From positions 1-64,000 of the forward strand of contig NW_021836126.1 of assembly GCF_006345805.1 (NCBI RefSeq): a DNA stretch of 64,000 nt, written 5' to 3'. Numbering within the stretch: the stretch's first letter is position 1; every line of letters starts with the position of its first letter. The notes under the pieces were generated by a model that did no database searches, had not been told where the DNA came from, and was given only the letters and a program-made list of their open reading frames with translations. Made by a program: the position numbers and the translations under genes. The stretch comes from Octopus sinensis (lineage: Eukaryota). Of this stretch, positions 1 to 14,510 are shown piece by piece.

Positions 1-1170
1 CAAAACCAACGATAACCCCGATAATTGCAGAGAAGGAGTCGAGACAGATACATTGCAGATCTGATTGACTTTCGACGTTATTCAGAAATCAATGATTCCT
101 TTAAATGGGATTAATGTCATTTTAGTGTAGATTTTGGTTATAATTGATTCTTTTTCTAAATATGTCGTTGTCGAACTTGCCCATGACTAAAACATCAAAA
201 GAAATTTCGGAATTATTTCAAAAAGTATTTTTCATCGGCCCCCCATAATTTTACATACGGATAATGGAACAGAATTTTGCAACCTTTATGTTGAAAAATT
301 ATGCGGAAAAATATAAAATTAAAACACGTACGAGGTCGACCAAGAGCTCCGTGGATACAAGGTCAAGTGGAGAGAGGTTGTATTTTAATTATTTTCTTAT
401 TAGATTTAACCAAAGTATAAAGCGATGGATTTATCTCTACTAGCGCATCAAATGATTTTTGGAAGAATACGTTGAATGTATTAAGGACATGTTTTCGACT
501 ACAACAATACAGTCCACTCGACGACGAGAAGAAAGTTCCTTTTTATCTCTCATGGGAATGGAAAATCCAGGGAAATTGAAGATGACACAATGAAAGCCTC
601 CTTTCATATGATGACGACCTCAATGAGGCTCGGGAACAAGCATACGTCAATTTAATAATGTGGTGAAAAAATGGTTGTGCAACGAAGAAAGTGGAGATTG
701 ACGACGGGATCCATTGAAATTGGAGCCAAGGATTATTTAAGGTTGAATTGTCTTAATTTAATTTCAAGACAAGATAACGATGCAAACAAAGAAAAATTTC
801 TCTGTTTGATGGCGCGTCCGAATAAGAAAATTTAGAGTTTTGGAGGAAGCAAACAATATATATAAGATCCAAAGTGAAATGGGGAGATAATCGAGGGGTT
901 CATCATTCAGTTATCTAAAATTGATTAATTAAATTAAATTTGTAATAAATTAAAAAAAAATAATAAATTTGCAATATTAAAAATTAATGGCTAGCCCTAA
1001 TTTTAATATAAAATGTCTAACAAGGTACGGTTAGCGCAAAATTTATAGGGTATGTTGGTTTTATTGACAGAACAGCATTAGATTTTATTGGATTTTATCA
1101 ATTTGTGATGTTGGCGTTTCATTAACGGCGTGTTCACTAAGGACGGTTTTAAAGACTGCATAATGTAACA
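1..1170 (+). mobile_element. Degenerate Ginger/GIN-like (KRBA2/SCAND3-type rve integrase) DNA transposon, 3' part
   Basis: Frameshifted frames give DLIDFRRYSEINDSFKW, ILVIIDSFSKY, ILHTDNGTEF, GRPRAPWIQGQVER, YNNTVHSTT; micro-intron-like gaps; ends ...TGTAACA. Confidence 0.7.
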
Positions 1171-1499
1171 AAACAACAAGGTATGCCAAACGCGTGATTA
1201 CACGTGGAATAATTTATTATTAGGTTTTATAATAATTGGATAACCAAAATTAAGATAATTTATTAATAAAACAAACATTATTTTAATTAAAACACAATTC
1301 TACCTAGTAGCTTATAAAGAGTGTAAATATTAGAGCGCATATCTTAGTGATGCTCCAGATAGCTGAAACAAGGACAAAGAAGTGCGATCAAGATTGTTGA
1401 GGTGTCAAAAGTCGTTTTTAGTTATCTGCAAATTCTCATTAAACCAACTGTACTCTCAAAAATGACAGTGAATGCATTTTAGAGGTCAAATGGATTTTT

Positions 1500-1850
1500 A
1501 AAGTATTTATTAAACGGAAACAGCAGTGTTGTCAAAATCCTTGCAAACATGGTGATCCACAGCTAAGGTGAAAACTCCAATACGCTCCTCGACTTGCCTG
1601 CCTTAAACGGACACAAGGAAGTAGTAAAATTTCTCATTGAGAATAACGCAGTTATCGAAGCCAGGTTAGCTTATTTGCATGAACACAGAAACTAATTTTT
1701 ATGAAAACCTCTCGACTGTGCGGCAACATATGGCAATGTATGTCGAATATTGCTTAATGATGACACCCCAATCAATGCAAAGGATCGTGCAATGTTAAAT
1801 TTTTTATATTTGGTTGAGACAACTCCACTTCGTTTGACACCCGCTTCAAT
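1500..1850 (+). pseudogene. Ankyrin-repeat gene fragment
   Basis: Broken frames give ..LNGHKEVVKFLIENNAVIEAR, PLDCAATYGNV, LLNDDTPINAKDR, TTPL. Confidence 0.55.
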
Positions 1851-1941
1851 TCAATTGTATAATATTTATTTTCATTTATTGTGTTTATGATATTTTTTTA
1901 TTCCAAGTTTCGTTGGAAAATGTGTTCATAATCACGTTAGC

Positions 1942-2740
1942 TCAATAATCCTCGTCTCCTGGAATTTTTCTCCTCTTGGGAGAGCTTTCCACCAACGCAC
2001 CATCAGCACTTTCATTCTCCGAACACAAGATTTTCCCGTTTGCTTCATCCGAAGGGTCCTCGCAAGATTGATTTGCCACTTCAGCCAACGGAATAATTCG
2101 GACTGGTGCCCCGTAAAGCATCTTTAGTTCTCCAGCCAGCAAATCGTATTTATGCAATTTCTCAACTTCGGTTTGTTTGAGTCTCTCCTGCGATGTAATC
2201 CCCACCTCAATTATGGTGATCTCATTCTTCAATCTGTCATAAATAAAGATATCTGGCTTATTGAACTGAACTTGCGTATCAGTTAATATTGGCGTATCTA
2301 CTCTTATCTCAACATTTCGAGTCGATAAACTAGACTGTACTGAATGAGACTTTAGTTTTCCAGTTTTCTTTATTCCAAACTGTCTGCATACGTGCAAATG
2401 GATGCACCTCACAACCTCATTGTGCCTTCTCACATAGTCACTATTTAGCATTCTGTTGCACCGTGTAGCCATGTGGTCTACTGTCTTCTTAGCTTTTTGC
2501 ATGATCACACAGCGCACCCACGCGCAGAAGAAAAAAAACAAATTTCTATCTTGCAGAGGCAATACAAAGCTTCACTCCTGGTGTATTGTTCCCTTTGTAC
2601 AGCAACTCGCTAGGACATTTTGAGTCGAAGAGTTAGAGTCTTCTTTAAACCTGAACAGGACAGAATGGAGTGACTGTTCTTTATTTTGTTGGACAAATAT
2701 TACATGAGCCTCTCTCAGGATTTGTCAGTTTGTTTAAATT
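1942..2740 (-). mobile_element. Non-LTR retrotransposon 3' fragment with restriction-like endonuclease (R4/Dong-like)
   Basis: KTVDHMATRC..YVRRHNEVVRCIH, KPDIFIYD, IIEVGIT, EKLHKY motifs. Confidence 0.8.
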
Positions 2741-4138
2741 GTTAATCTTATACGGAATATTTAAGTTGATGTTTTTATTAGGATTCCCTTTGAGGTCTAA
2801 TAAAATATTAAATACAAAGATAAGAATATTTTAGTTGATAATAAGATCAGTGTGATGTATTATATTTCATCTCGATTCTAGAAGAATTGGAAAAGAGCAT
2901 TAATCATTATTTTTTTTTAATATTGAAATAAATGATATAATCCATTCTCCGAATCATGTACTATCAATTTACTTTAACAGAAGATGAAAAGCTTTGCCAA
3001 CATCGTTATAACCCACATTAAAAATAATATTTGCTGAATTGTCAACAGATATGTTCCGAATTTCCATAAAGGATTCTTAGCCTTCAGTAGGGCAATAAAA
3101 AATATGTTTCAGTTCTCAACATGATATAAGTGTGAACAAGCTTTTTCTTGTCTTGTGACACAAACAGGTTGTTGTCAATTGAAGATGACCTCCTAGCCTG
3201 CTTAACTTCTAAGTAATATGCGCCACAGGAAAAAAACCTGTGGTTTTAAGTACCGCAGGAGAAAAAGGTCAGAAAAGGTTTTAGTTAGAGTGTTTTCCAT
3301 AGTACTTTGAATAGTCTGGTGAGGTTTGTTAAAGTGTTTTCAGAATAATTATCATTGATAACTAATTCTATGAAATTTATCCTGTTCAAGGAGACACCCA
3401 ATTTAATATTTACGACAGTTTAGCAACCATTCGATATTCAATAGTTGTCGCACTATTAGGTGATCCTTCTAAAATAATCCCCAAGACTGCCAGTCAATTG
3501 GTCGCCAAAAACCATTTAACTATCAAATAAAGAATAATCAATAACCAAATTATGTAAAGGTGTATCCTATAACTTAATAGTTTGGTCAATTTATTCAGGT
3601 GCTCATAGACAACCCCAAATCAACAAGTTTTATGAAATGGGGATTTTGTATCAACGGTATAATTATTTATTAAACTGGCCCAACCCAGATGCCCTCCAAT
3701 GAATACTTGTTCGCCTCTAAATGACATGCAACACACAGCAGGGAGAAATGGCTTGAATTGGATGCCACTCCTTCTCTGTATGTACCCACATGACACCCGT
3801 AAATATAAGAATTCCATTAGTTCTGTGATACACGCCGTATTGTATAAAAGATGTTTGTCTCCTTCCGAAAGACAACTTTGGACTGAATGTTTGTTGATCA
3901 ATTGAGGGTGTCGAACTCCGAGAAGATGCACTCAAGCAATCCTCACTGAATAAATGTCAGGACTGGAACCCCGAAGACTGAGGGAACAGTTTAATATCCT
4001 TTAGATTTGTTTGCGGAATGATTTGTAGTTTCCTAAACGGTTTGCGGTCACTTTTCATTCTATTTTGATTAATAATAATAAGTCTTTAAAATATACGCAA
4101 AATTAATTTAAAAATAGTTGGAATACATTTGGTGTGCC

Positions 4139-5070
4139 ATGAGCGGTGCTTTGCGTATATGTGATGAAATCGACAGGGGACACGGAGACAGTACCTTCCC
4201 CTTAAATGTTAGCATGTGGTCTCTAATATAGTCCCTCGATTGGTCTGCTCACTGGAATGTGGTATATCGAAAAATAATACTGGAAAACCTCATATTTCTC
4301 GACGAATTTGACGAAAATTGCGACAACTATATAGTAAGCCACAACACTCACTTGTCAGCGAGAAATTGACTCAAATCCTCGAATCAGCCAACTCGAACGT
4401 TTCCCCTCAACCTCCTGGATTCCACTAATTTTCACCAATTACTTCACGGACTCGAATGGGGTATATATATGGGTCATCTCCCAGATCCCTCCCCACAACG
4501 ACGACGTCCTCACCAAGAAGGCCTCGGGGGAAGTCTCGGGACTTGTGCGGACTCTCCGTTGCTGTAGTACTGTCGGGTGAGACTGCAGTGAAACCCAGGA
4601 TGGTTGAGGAAAAGACTGATATCCCAGCAGCAAAAGAAACTAAAAATAGACGGACTGCTTGCCTAGTACATCATTCTCACATTGCAGCATAGAGAGCATA
4701 TTCTCTGAACAGAGAACAATCTCTACCACCCTTCCATTAACACTTGTTCGTCGTCGGGGGAAGAGGATAGGAGGATAATGGAGTTGGTGAAAGAGATCTG
4801 GTCTTCCAAAACCTATTAAAGAAGAGAGAGCTCTTTCGGAATCCAAATCGGATGAGATTAATATTTCTGTTTCTAAAATTGCTCAAAATGAATTGAAGCA
4901 ATCAACTTCTGAAGTTATGTCATACCGAGTAATTATGGTGAATTTGATCTGAAAGTTATATATAGGATGAGTTGATTTGCATTAATCAGGTTGGAACGGA
5001 GCTGGTTGGGCTGATTGAACAGATGCATGAACAGACTAATGTATTTTTGTATTTAACATTTATTTTGTAG
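4139..5070 (+). other. Unidentified coding-like fragment(s) with micro-introns
   Basis: GC-richer stretch with GT..AG micro-intron candidates (e.g. gtatatatatgggtcatctcccag); no family recognised. Confidence 0.25.
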
Positions 5071-5559
5071 CCTCTATTTCTTAAATTTGTTGAAACTGTG
5101 CACAAAAATTTAATATATATAATTTCTTGCACAATGTTTCTGTCAAATTCTTTTAATATGCTATCCTTGCTGAATGAATGGAGAACTGCTATGTTTAATG
5201 CATTATTCTCTTTGGGCTTAATATCATATTCTTTGCATAATCAGACCAAGTTTGAGAATGTGTCCGTCATTCATTATATTCCATATTGTGAAGAGTCTCA
5301 ATAAGACTCGGGTTTATTTTCAAGAACCCAATATTTTTCTGTATTCTCTTGTGTATCTCATTTGCTGCTGCCGATCCAGTCATTTCTTGAAATTTATTCT
5401 GCGAGGCAACATTCTCTCGGAGGCTTACAGAGCTAGAAAAAAAATAAAATTAGAACTTTTTGCTGTAAGAAAATTTTCCCATGCTTGATTACATCACAAA
5501 GTAAGTTTTGGAACATTCAAAGTTTAGTTAGTGTGTCTATCACCTGTCATACTGAAAGC

Positions 5560-6101
5560 CGGTGTTGCAATGGAGGACTCATGGACGACGTCTTTGAATA
5601 TATCATACAAAATCGAGGACTTGATACTGAGCGTGAATATCCATACGAAGGGAAGGTAGAATAAATTTTTTTTATTTGTTGACTGGAACATGTCGATACG
5701 TCGAGAATACTCTGACTGTGGTATCCTATGAAGACATCGAAAAAGGGTCGAAAGTTCAGCTTCAGAGGGCCGTTGCAAAAATCGGACCCATTTCGGTAGG
5801 AATTGACGCATCCTATAAATCTTTTATGCATTACAGCGGGGGTAATTTTTGAACTCTTATATTTGCAGGGATTTATGATAATCCTGACTGTTCCTCTTCT
5901 GAATTGGATCACGGTGTTTTAGTAGTTGGGTACGGTGTGGAAGATTGGAGAGATTTTTGGCTTGTGAAAAATAGATCTGGTATCTTGTCTTTACAATTTA
6001 GTTGGGGTCCATCCTGGGGTGAGGAAGGATATATCAAAATGTCTCGAAGTAAAAACAACCAATGTGGAATCGCTAAAGCTGCAAGTTACCCTGTTCTATA
6101 A
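5560..6101 (+). pseudogene. 5'-truncated cathepsin L-like protease fragment
   Basis: [68 protein letters not shown]; catalytic Cys region absent; frameshifts. Confidence 0.8.
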
Positions 6102-7829
6102 TTTTTTTGGACTATTGTTTTTGTTTTAATGGTATTTTGGTTTGTTTTATTGGATGATCTACAATTTTATTAACGCATTAATTATTTTAGTATTAAATGA
6201 TAATTACTCGTGCAAAAACGGTAACATTTATGATTCATAATGAAACACAACTTTCATCTAAAGCAAATCTAATTATAGAGAAATTTTTGCTTTAGGGCAC
6301 TAAATAAATTTTTCAAGGAAATAATAAAATTTAACTAATTTCTTTTCTGACTCTCAGGGACAACTAATTCATTTGATTATGATTTGGGATGGAGTCGTCA
6401 TGAAGTTCTCCGAAAATTATATTGATAACTTATCTATCGAAGAAGCAAAGAGGACGCACATCCAATCAGTTACGCTGAAAATGACTCTTAAGAGTATGCT
6501 AATTGAGCAAAAATGGGATGAAGGTATCTGATAAAGAGTATGATTCTATTTCTGATCGGTTTGTTGAGATATCATGTACTGGTAGAGACGACCCAATGAT
6601 TTCTGAAGAAGACACCTTGATAAAATAAGATGTGATGATTTTGAGTAAAAGGCAATGTGAGATAAGCTCTTCTTCTAAAAAAAAGAGAGTGGATACTAAC
6701 GACTTGGAGTGCAGGTACACTTAATCAGATTTAAAAATATTTTTCTAAAAATAAAGAATACTTTAGAAAATTAGTTATTCTGGCTTTAATATAGAAGGTT
6801 CAAGCATTGATGTTGACCCTCCAAACATGAAATTTACAAGTACCGTTAAAGCTTCAAAAATTAGCGTTTTTTAGGAAATCAAAACATTTTTACTAAATCA
6901 AAGTAGCTATTTATTAGTTGTTACTTTCTTCTCGGCAAGGGAAATATATCTGAACATTCTAAGTTAAAAAGATTCATGATTATTAATAGTTATTTAATTC
7001 ATTTTTCAGTAATGACATTTTTTAACTCTAATTTAATGTTGACATTGACAGAAATAACAAGATGCTTTCATACAGAAAATATACTTTCTATGGATTCAAG
7101 AAAGAAGAGTATACTGGTAAATATTCGGAATGACTTTAGTTAATCTCTTAATTATAACTAATTTATTTGAAATATCATAATTTTAACTGCAACTTTTTAA
7201 AAGTTTATTAGACATTGAATATAAAATTGAGTTGTTTAAAATTGGTAATAACTTGAGTTTTACCAGTCTTCTACAGTCTTTGTAGAAGAAATTTTTGTAG
7301 GGTTGTTTTTTCTCTTTGTAAAGTTTTGTTTTTCAACTTTGGAATCTTTGTAGGCAGTATATTAAATTCCTGTTTATTTATTTATTGAACCAGAAAACCA
7401 CCGTCATAGCCAAAAGAAAGAAGAATTCAGGTGATCCCAGCCTAAATTCCCGTTAAATTAGATTATTGTTTCTAACAATTTATTTAATTTGTCCTATTTT
7501 GAATTTATTAATAATTTATTATTAAAGCCAAACAAGACTGATTATTGTTAGTAAATTTATTTAAGCATTCTAAAACTTAATAATCATTTCAATCTACCAG
7601 TAATTTTTTGTCAATTGAATCGACATCAGTTAGAAGCTCCCTCTTTTTCTTCTAAATTAAATATTAATTAACTAATACCTTATATCTGGCGACTTTTACT
7701 GCTGAATAAATAATGAATAGTGTTATTAATGAGATCTCGGTAAAAAAAATGAAGATTATGTGACAATGTTCAAAAAACTAAAATAAACTCTAACCATATA
7801 AAATACAAACCCAGAGACCGAATTTGTCA

Positions 7830-8500
7830 ACCTCTTGCCATCGCCCCTGTTAAGGCCAGAGGGCTCCAGCTGGCACGGGATGCCGGTTGCCTCGAGCAGA
7901 CGCTTTATTATGGAATTAAGCTGTCCGTGCCTGGGGAACCTCCCAGGGCATTTGCGGCAGGAGAGCGGGTGTAGACCTTTGCGGTCTATATGAGCCCCGC
8001 AACGGCGTTGGTGAGGCTGGCAAATGTCCAAGCCGAGTCGGAGAGATATTCCGATTCTTAAACAGTCTGGGTCCAGGAAGGTTCCAGCTGCAGGGGAAGG
8101 ATAGGCGTTGATCCAGGCGCCAGTCCGTGGAGATGCTCCAGACAACAGACAAGCACGCCGGTGTTGGTCTCCGTGAGACAGTAAGTACCGGAAAGACTGA
8201 GAGCTGCTGATCTCCGTCCACTCGCGCATAAGGCATAGGTCAACGGGAGTATTTAGTCCGCAATCTGTCCACAACGATGTGCCGTATGAAAGCTCTGAGT
8301 CCGTGAGCGATCCAGAGGGAGGAGGAAGGATCTGGACTACGAGAGGCATGCATCGGTGAGAGGAAAAAAGAAAGCATGGCAAGGAGAGGACCGAGGGGGC
8401 TTGGAATCCGAGACCCCCGTGCCTGATAGGCAGGATAGCCTGTTTCCAGCCCATTTCGTCAAAATGTACGTTTGAGATTTGAACGAGAGTATTCCTGAGG
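7830..8500 (-). mobile_element. CRE-like non-LTR retrotransposon fragment
   Basis: LPIRHGGLG, GAWINAYP, LRIGISLRLG, RHGQLNSII, EPSGLNRGDGKR. Confidence 0.8.
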
Positions 8501-9383
8501 TCAGTAATTAGCTTAGCTATCTTTTCATTTCCTTATTGTTTTGATGGTTATTGTGAAAAAAAGATAGATAGATTGGATGTTTTATGTCACAGTCGGATAA
8601 ATGGACACGCGAATAAATGGACACTTTCAAAATTTCATTTTTGAGCAATATTACCATACAAAATACATGTTAATTTTTTCTAAGTCTCACTTTAAACACA
8701 TTTTTAATAATTTTGGTACCTGTTGAAAAAAGCAGGATCTCGAAAAAACCAACATCCCACTGACCAACAATTTTTATTGAATATCGAGAAGTCTATTTGA
8801 TTTTTGGTTAACCATTAAAAAATAATGATTTAAAATTGTAAATAAATCGGTTAAAATTGAGATAATAATTAAAATTTACATTAGAAAATAGAAAAAAATT
8901 TCTAGATTCCATTTAAAAGCTTCGTCTGCTCCTAACCCTAACTCAAATCTTAAACAACTAACCATAACCCTATCAGGGCTTCCAATTCTTTAAAAAATTT
9001 AGATGAAAAATTTTAAACAAAATCGTTAGTCAATTTTTGTAATTCTTGATTGTTTTCACCATTCTCATCTTCGATCAAGTACATGTCATTTTGTTGATCT
9101 ACCACAATGTTATTTGTTGTACATAAATCTTTAATAAAACTCAAAAATGAGTACAGCTATGAAGAATAATATAAATTCTGTGCCACCGAGGTTCTTTTTC
9201 ATTTTATTAATTTTTTGGTAAACCCAAAAAATCAAATCTTAGGTGCCTCTATTTGCATATTTTACGATTCTTGTTGGTTTGTTCACTGTCTTGTCTTTAT
9301 TTACGCCTTTATTATTTTAATAATGATTAATCTTTCATAGGTACAAGCTCATATTTTAAATGAACTGCAACGGGTAAGTAATC

Positions 9384-10417
9384 ATGTACTCTAAAACTAC
9401 AAACAGCCTCTCTCAATTAAGTAAACGGAATCTCAACATTGATCCTTCCTTTAATGAGCTACCAGCCAAGAAAATCCACCGGAATCCAATTTCCAAGTCC
9501 TTAAATGATAAGGAAAACTACTGTTCAGGACAGTTCATAAGCCTTCATCCTAAACCTGAGAGCAAGCAAACCAAGATCATAAAATTGTGGTTAGAGATTG
9601 AGTCCAAGCACTGTCCTCCAAATTCCTTCAAGCCCTTGAACGTGACCTGTTATGCAAGGGCGAAACTGATTCACTGGCTCATGAAAGTGACCAAAACTTT
9701 TCAACACGACCGGGAAATATTTTACCTTTCCGTTGATATTTTGGACAGATATCTTGCGTTGAGTTACACTAAAATGTCTGAACTACAACTTGTTGGAATC
9801 ACTTGTCTCTTTTTGGCAGCAAAATTCGAGTCTGACGATTTTTGTTGTGTGTCTGACTACTCTGGCATGACAGCAGATGCCTTTACTTCCAAAGATGTGA
9901 TTGCTATGGAAATTAAGATCCTTTTTGCCTTGGACTGGGCGCTTCAAGTCCCCACTCCTTTTCTGTGGCTCAAGCTGTTTTTGCAGTCATATTTCTCTGA
10001 CGATATTGATATTCCAAATTATTCCCAGTACAAGCTGATTCAGAGTTCCAAAGTATTCAAGAAGTGACATTTTAGCTGCTAACTTATGTCCTGTTGGATT
10101 CAGTGTCTGCTGAATTTCCGAGATCAATGCTGGCTTCCGCAATTTCGGTGGTCCTTATGAAAATTGTCAGACCTATATATAAGTACGAGCAGTTTTGCTG
10201 TGGTTATGATCTGCCTAAACTGACCAATTGCATTGCTTATGTTTTGAACGTTGTTAAACCTCATTTGGCATCTTTGTCAGCATTGGGACATGAGGCTTTT
10301 AGTTCGCGTGAGAGTGAGAATCACCATAATATGCAGGATTGGGATGATTCATATGTCAGCAGAGAGGTTGGTGGGTTATTCCTAGTTTTTTAGAAATCTG
10401 TCTGTTTAATCGAGTGA
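9384..10417 (+). CDS. Cyclin E-like G1/S cyclin (2 micro-introns)
   Basis: Cyclin box RAKLIHWLMKV..REIFYLSVDILDRYL..LQLVGITCLFLAAKFE; 23-nt intron gtattcaagaagtgacattttag joins the two ORFs; C-terminal HNMQ resembles cyclin E HNIQ. Confidence 0.8.
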
Positions 10418-11100
10418 TATTTGAACTTTACTTTTGTTTTAATACTTCTTTGTGTTTCTTTTAGAATTGAATTTATTGCTGTTTTATTGATTTATGTTGA
10501 ATATCGACCTTTAATTGACAGTGTCCTGTGATTAGCAGTTTATTCGGGTTATTAAGATTTACTTCAAATGTCATCTGCATAATTCAATTTGCAAGTACAA
10601 ACTTCAAATGGCATCTGCAAAACACAAACTTCTAATTGCAATTAAAAATTTCAAATTTACAATTTTGAAATTCAAGTTTGCATTTTATCAAAATATGCAT
10701 TTTAACCTCTTTTGCATTGAAAATTAAACAATGTTGAAGCAGGCATTGCACTTATACAATGTAAGTTAGAGCCTCTCGAATTTAGAGTAATGACAAAAGA
10801 ACGAGATCCTATTTTTGATCGTTCTCAAATTCACTCCAACAGTGGAATTCACTCCGAGAGAGGAACATAGAGACTGCCAATTTAATTGGTATTTAAGAAA
10901 TTCAATCTATTTTGCGTTATTATTTTAACATAATCAGTTAATTGCTACAATCATCGGAAATAATCTAAAATCGGACTGATTTTATTTATATGTAACCTAT
11001 TCCACACAATGTTCTTCTGCGACGGATTGGGTGAGGAAATGGACTTGTTTTTTTGTCCCAAAACATAAAACCCCCCAAATTCGGTCACTAGTGAACATTC

Positions 11101-11140
11101 TGTCACAGTCCCATTCTGAAATCCGCCCATTTTGTTACCT
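11101..11140 (+). repeat. 40-bp terminal inverted repeat (TGTCAC..), partner at 57659-57698
   Basis: tgtcacagtcccattctgaaatccgcccattttgttacct; 39/40 identical to the reverse complement of 57659-57698. Confidence 0.9.
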
Positions 11141-11459
11141 GAATAGAGCAACAAGGTAAAGTAAAATAATATATTTATAACATGATTTAAAATTGAAATA
11201 ACTTAAGTTTTCCATTGAATCCCATAAAATAATTTATAAGTAGACCTTAATAGAAAAAGTAAAATCAATGAATACTGAACGCTAATTTGGTTTAGGTTGT
11301 GAGGGGGTAATAATTTGACAGATCTCATTGGTATTTCTCGTTTCAATCTCTAAAATTAGGTCTTCTAATCACAAATGAACTGTGCAGACAGGCTTGCTCC
11401 TTCAGAAGATTCTTGTTTTGATATTTTAATAAATTATGAAGCATTTAGATTTTTCTCAC

Positions 11460-12100
11460 TATTCTAAAACGATGATTGTATCTACACTTCTTTACTTACA
11501 AAATACCCAGAAGAGTAATTTTCCTTAACTTCGTGGATTGTCATTCCGAATATAAATATATTTTCCATCCCAACCTGTTCGGCCATTTCTACATTGGGCC
11601 CATCAAACGTCCCCAGAGTGACAGCCACGTTCAACTGGCAATAAATCAACTGACCAACCATAAATTTCATGTTTCCTGTTCCAGACGCTTTAGTTCCTGC
11701 GAGTGAGAGTTTTTCACTCAAATCAGCTGCAGGGACCATTTTCTCTGCAAACGACTTTTTATAATCCGGAAGGACAAACACTCTCAGGTATTTATTGGTC
11801 TCCGGATCACTGTTTACCACAACAGCCACATTGCATATCAGTTTGATGATGAGTTTTGCAATTCTGCAGCCGGGAGGAGCCTTCCCCCAATTATGACAGT
11901 CCTGGGGACGACAGTGTAGTCATCCAAACCAGCCTTGACCCGTTTGAGGCGGTTGTAGAGCGTTATTATGTGAAGGCAGCTTAGAAGGTATCGTTTACTT
12001 TCTTGAATTGGTTTGATATGCACATCAAACATGGTCGAGGGGTCAATCGAGAATCCTAACAACTTTTTAACATACAAAGCAAATTTATTTTTATTACTCT
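11460..12100 (-). pseudogene. Glycogen phosphorylase internal fragment
   Basis: MFDVHIKPIQESKRYLL (canonical KRIHEYKRQLL), [41 protein letters not shown]. Confidence 0.9.
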
Positions 12101-12111
12101 ATGACATTTTT

Positions 12112-12630
12112 TTTGAGTAGATCCAATATAAAGTTGAGGAACTCGTGTGCGTCGTGTTGTTGTCCCTTGGAGTAGGACACACAGTTCTCGGCTAAAAAGT
12201 CCTGGCACTGAGTCATGGTCATACCCGCACTCCACTCATCTCACTCTCCTCCACCATTAGACTGTGGAATAGTTCGCACAACACTCCCTTTTTACACCAT
12301 CCAAAGTAGTACATCAGTCTTCTCACAATCAACAGACATTGCACCACTGAGTTTATGAAACATGTATTCCCGATATTCTGCAGTCCTCGCGGGCTGTGCA
12401 CTGCCTCGTTCTTTGATACTATGCTGCTGTGTACTGCCTTGTTCTTCGAGCTGTTCAATATTTTGTCGAGGATATCGTCCAGAGTGGGCGATTTGGTTGA
12501 GTTGAAGGACTTTGGACTGATTGCGGGGAATGTGAGGAGCAGGACTCGGACGGAGAACATGTATTTCCGAGCAGTGCCTCCATTCGTCCGGCCGTCACAT
12601 CCTCTGACGAGTGAGTATTGGATTGACAAG
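12112..12630 (-). pseudogene. Ubiquitin-specific protease (USP) fragment
   Basis: Cys box GLQNIGNTCFINSVVQCL and QQHDAHEFLNFILD; no His box. Confidence 0.85.
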
Positions 12631-14030
12631 ACGACCTGACAGTGAAATTAATGCACGTCATGTCCCTCAACGACTACTTTGCATCCCCCAACATGACATT
12701 CAAACAGCAATGGTTGTCCTCTCTGTGGATTGCAGACCAACTACCTCACATTGCAATACGAGTGTTGCATTAATAGCAATATGGCCGGCATCCCCAAGGA
12801 ATACAAACCACCCAAACTCGTGAGGTCATACTTCACTTGCCTGAAAGGCAAGCAAGGACGTTTTCGGAATAACGGGAAGAGGGTGAACTACACGGGGAGG
12901 ACTGTCATATCACCCGACCCGGAATAGACCAAGTGTCAGTCCCCCATGGCGGAGACGTATCCCGAGTATGTGATGGACACCAACATTGAGGAGTTGAGAA
13001 GACTAATAGTGCGGCGGCAACACCCCTCTGCTGTTATGATCTACAAGGCGAATGGGCGATCAGTGTAGGGGGACTGTGTGACTGTAGTAATCTGCGGTAC
13101 GGGGACGTGGACAGAGGGCGTGTGGTTTGCGAGTGGGGGATAGAGTGTTGAGGCATATTAGGGGATATTGTCAATCGACAGCCTTCTCTCCACAGGGAGA
13201 GTATTCATGTGAGGACTGTCTTGACATCGTAGTTCAAGATTGGCAAGCAGAGGACACTCCGATTTAACGAGTGTTGTTGCACTCCCTTCAATGCTGACTT
13301 TGATGGAGACGAAATGAACATTCACGTCCCTCAGGGCGAACAGGCAAGGAGTGAGGCACTCCTGTTGATGGGTTCCACGTCCAACATGATCTCCCACAAG
13401 AGTGGAGAGCCTTTGACGGCAGAAATACAGGATTTCATTAGTGGTAGTCCCTCCGCTCATTCCAGGCCTGTATTTGCTCACCAGGAAGGACGTGTTCCAA
13501 CCCCAAGTAATCTCACTGTTGAATGCAATGAGGGGGGTCAACAAAGTGTCCTCCAGTCCCCCAATCCGCCATTCTGACACCGGTCACTTTTTGGACTGAG
13601 AAGGAGATGATGAGTTACCTCCTCAGTCACCCCACTGAGTCGAATCAACACATCTCCGTCAACATCCAGGCCAAAGGGAAGAGTTATTCGGGCAATGAAG
13701 AGTTGTGTGACTCGTGTTGGCAAGTAGTGTGATGGGTAGACTGCTACATTGACCACTCGGAATTGATTCGGACATTCTCGACAAGAACTCGCTCGGCTCG
13801 GGAGTAAAACAAACATTTTCTACTACATCCGACGAGAGTACGGGCCTGAGACGACTGTCCAGTGTATTGCCCGTCGATTGGCCGGGGCTTTTTTGAGTAT
13901 TTGGTGGTTGACACGCGCAGTGCTGAGACTTGGTTTACTGTGAGGTTGGCGGATGTCGTGCTCGGCCTCCAAGTTGTTCCGAATCGGGTAGGAATTGGTT
14001 TTGAATGTAGGAATGGCAAGTGTTTGGAGC
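12622..14030 (+). pseudogene. POLR3A: RNA polymerase III largest subunit fragment, decayed
   Basis: [73 protein letters not shown]..NIFY; many small deletions. Confidence 0.85.
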
Positions 14031-14490
14031 CCGCGGCCAAAGACGAGGGGAAGGAACTCAAAAAACGGTACGCCGTCTTTGATCACATCAAAAAACTGGT
14101 GGAGCTCAAAGTTTGAGTGTCAATTCAAAGTTATTCAGGGATTTGAAATAAAACGTCGCGGGGAATTGGAATTGGTCAAAAATTTTCAATCATCGATTTT
14201 CCCCGCATTATTGAATGGGGATACACTGGAAATGGCGCTTGGGAGTGCTGCTGAGGTGGCCAACCGATGTCTTTTATACTCAAAAGTATATTTTAAATAC
14301 TTTTATTGTTTGGGATCGAATTTGACCAACTCTGAACTGTTTGACTTGATTACGGAAAGTAGGAACATGTCACGGAATTTGGACTACCGCAAAGAGACTG
14401 GCCGACGTGCAGACTTTTAGTTTTTTGTAGATTTTGGGAGATGAGATGACAAGTCTGGCTGGACTGAACTGTCGTTATGTGATATCGCGG
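14031..14490 (+). pseudogene. POLE: DNA polymerase epsilon catalytic subunit fragment
   Basis: [20 protein letters not shown]|intron|[52 protein letters not shown]. Confidence 0.9.
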
Positions 14491-14510
14491 TATTGGTGTC
14501 ATATTGTCAG

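Noticed and set aside
3500-3990. Possible gypsy integrase remnant
   Set aside because: Only vague motifs across broken frames; not supportable
5975-6001. Apparent AT-AG intron in the cathepsin fragment
   Set aside because: It lies in a decayed copy; the intact cathepsin has GT-AG at the same position, so a mutated donor is likely
8930-8975. Telomere-like cctaaccctaac
   Set aside because: Few degenerate units; common in transposon subtermini
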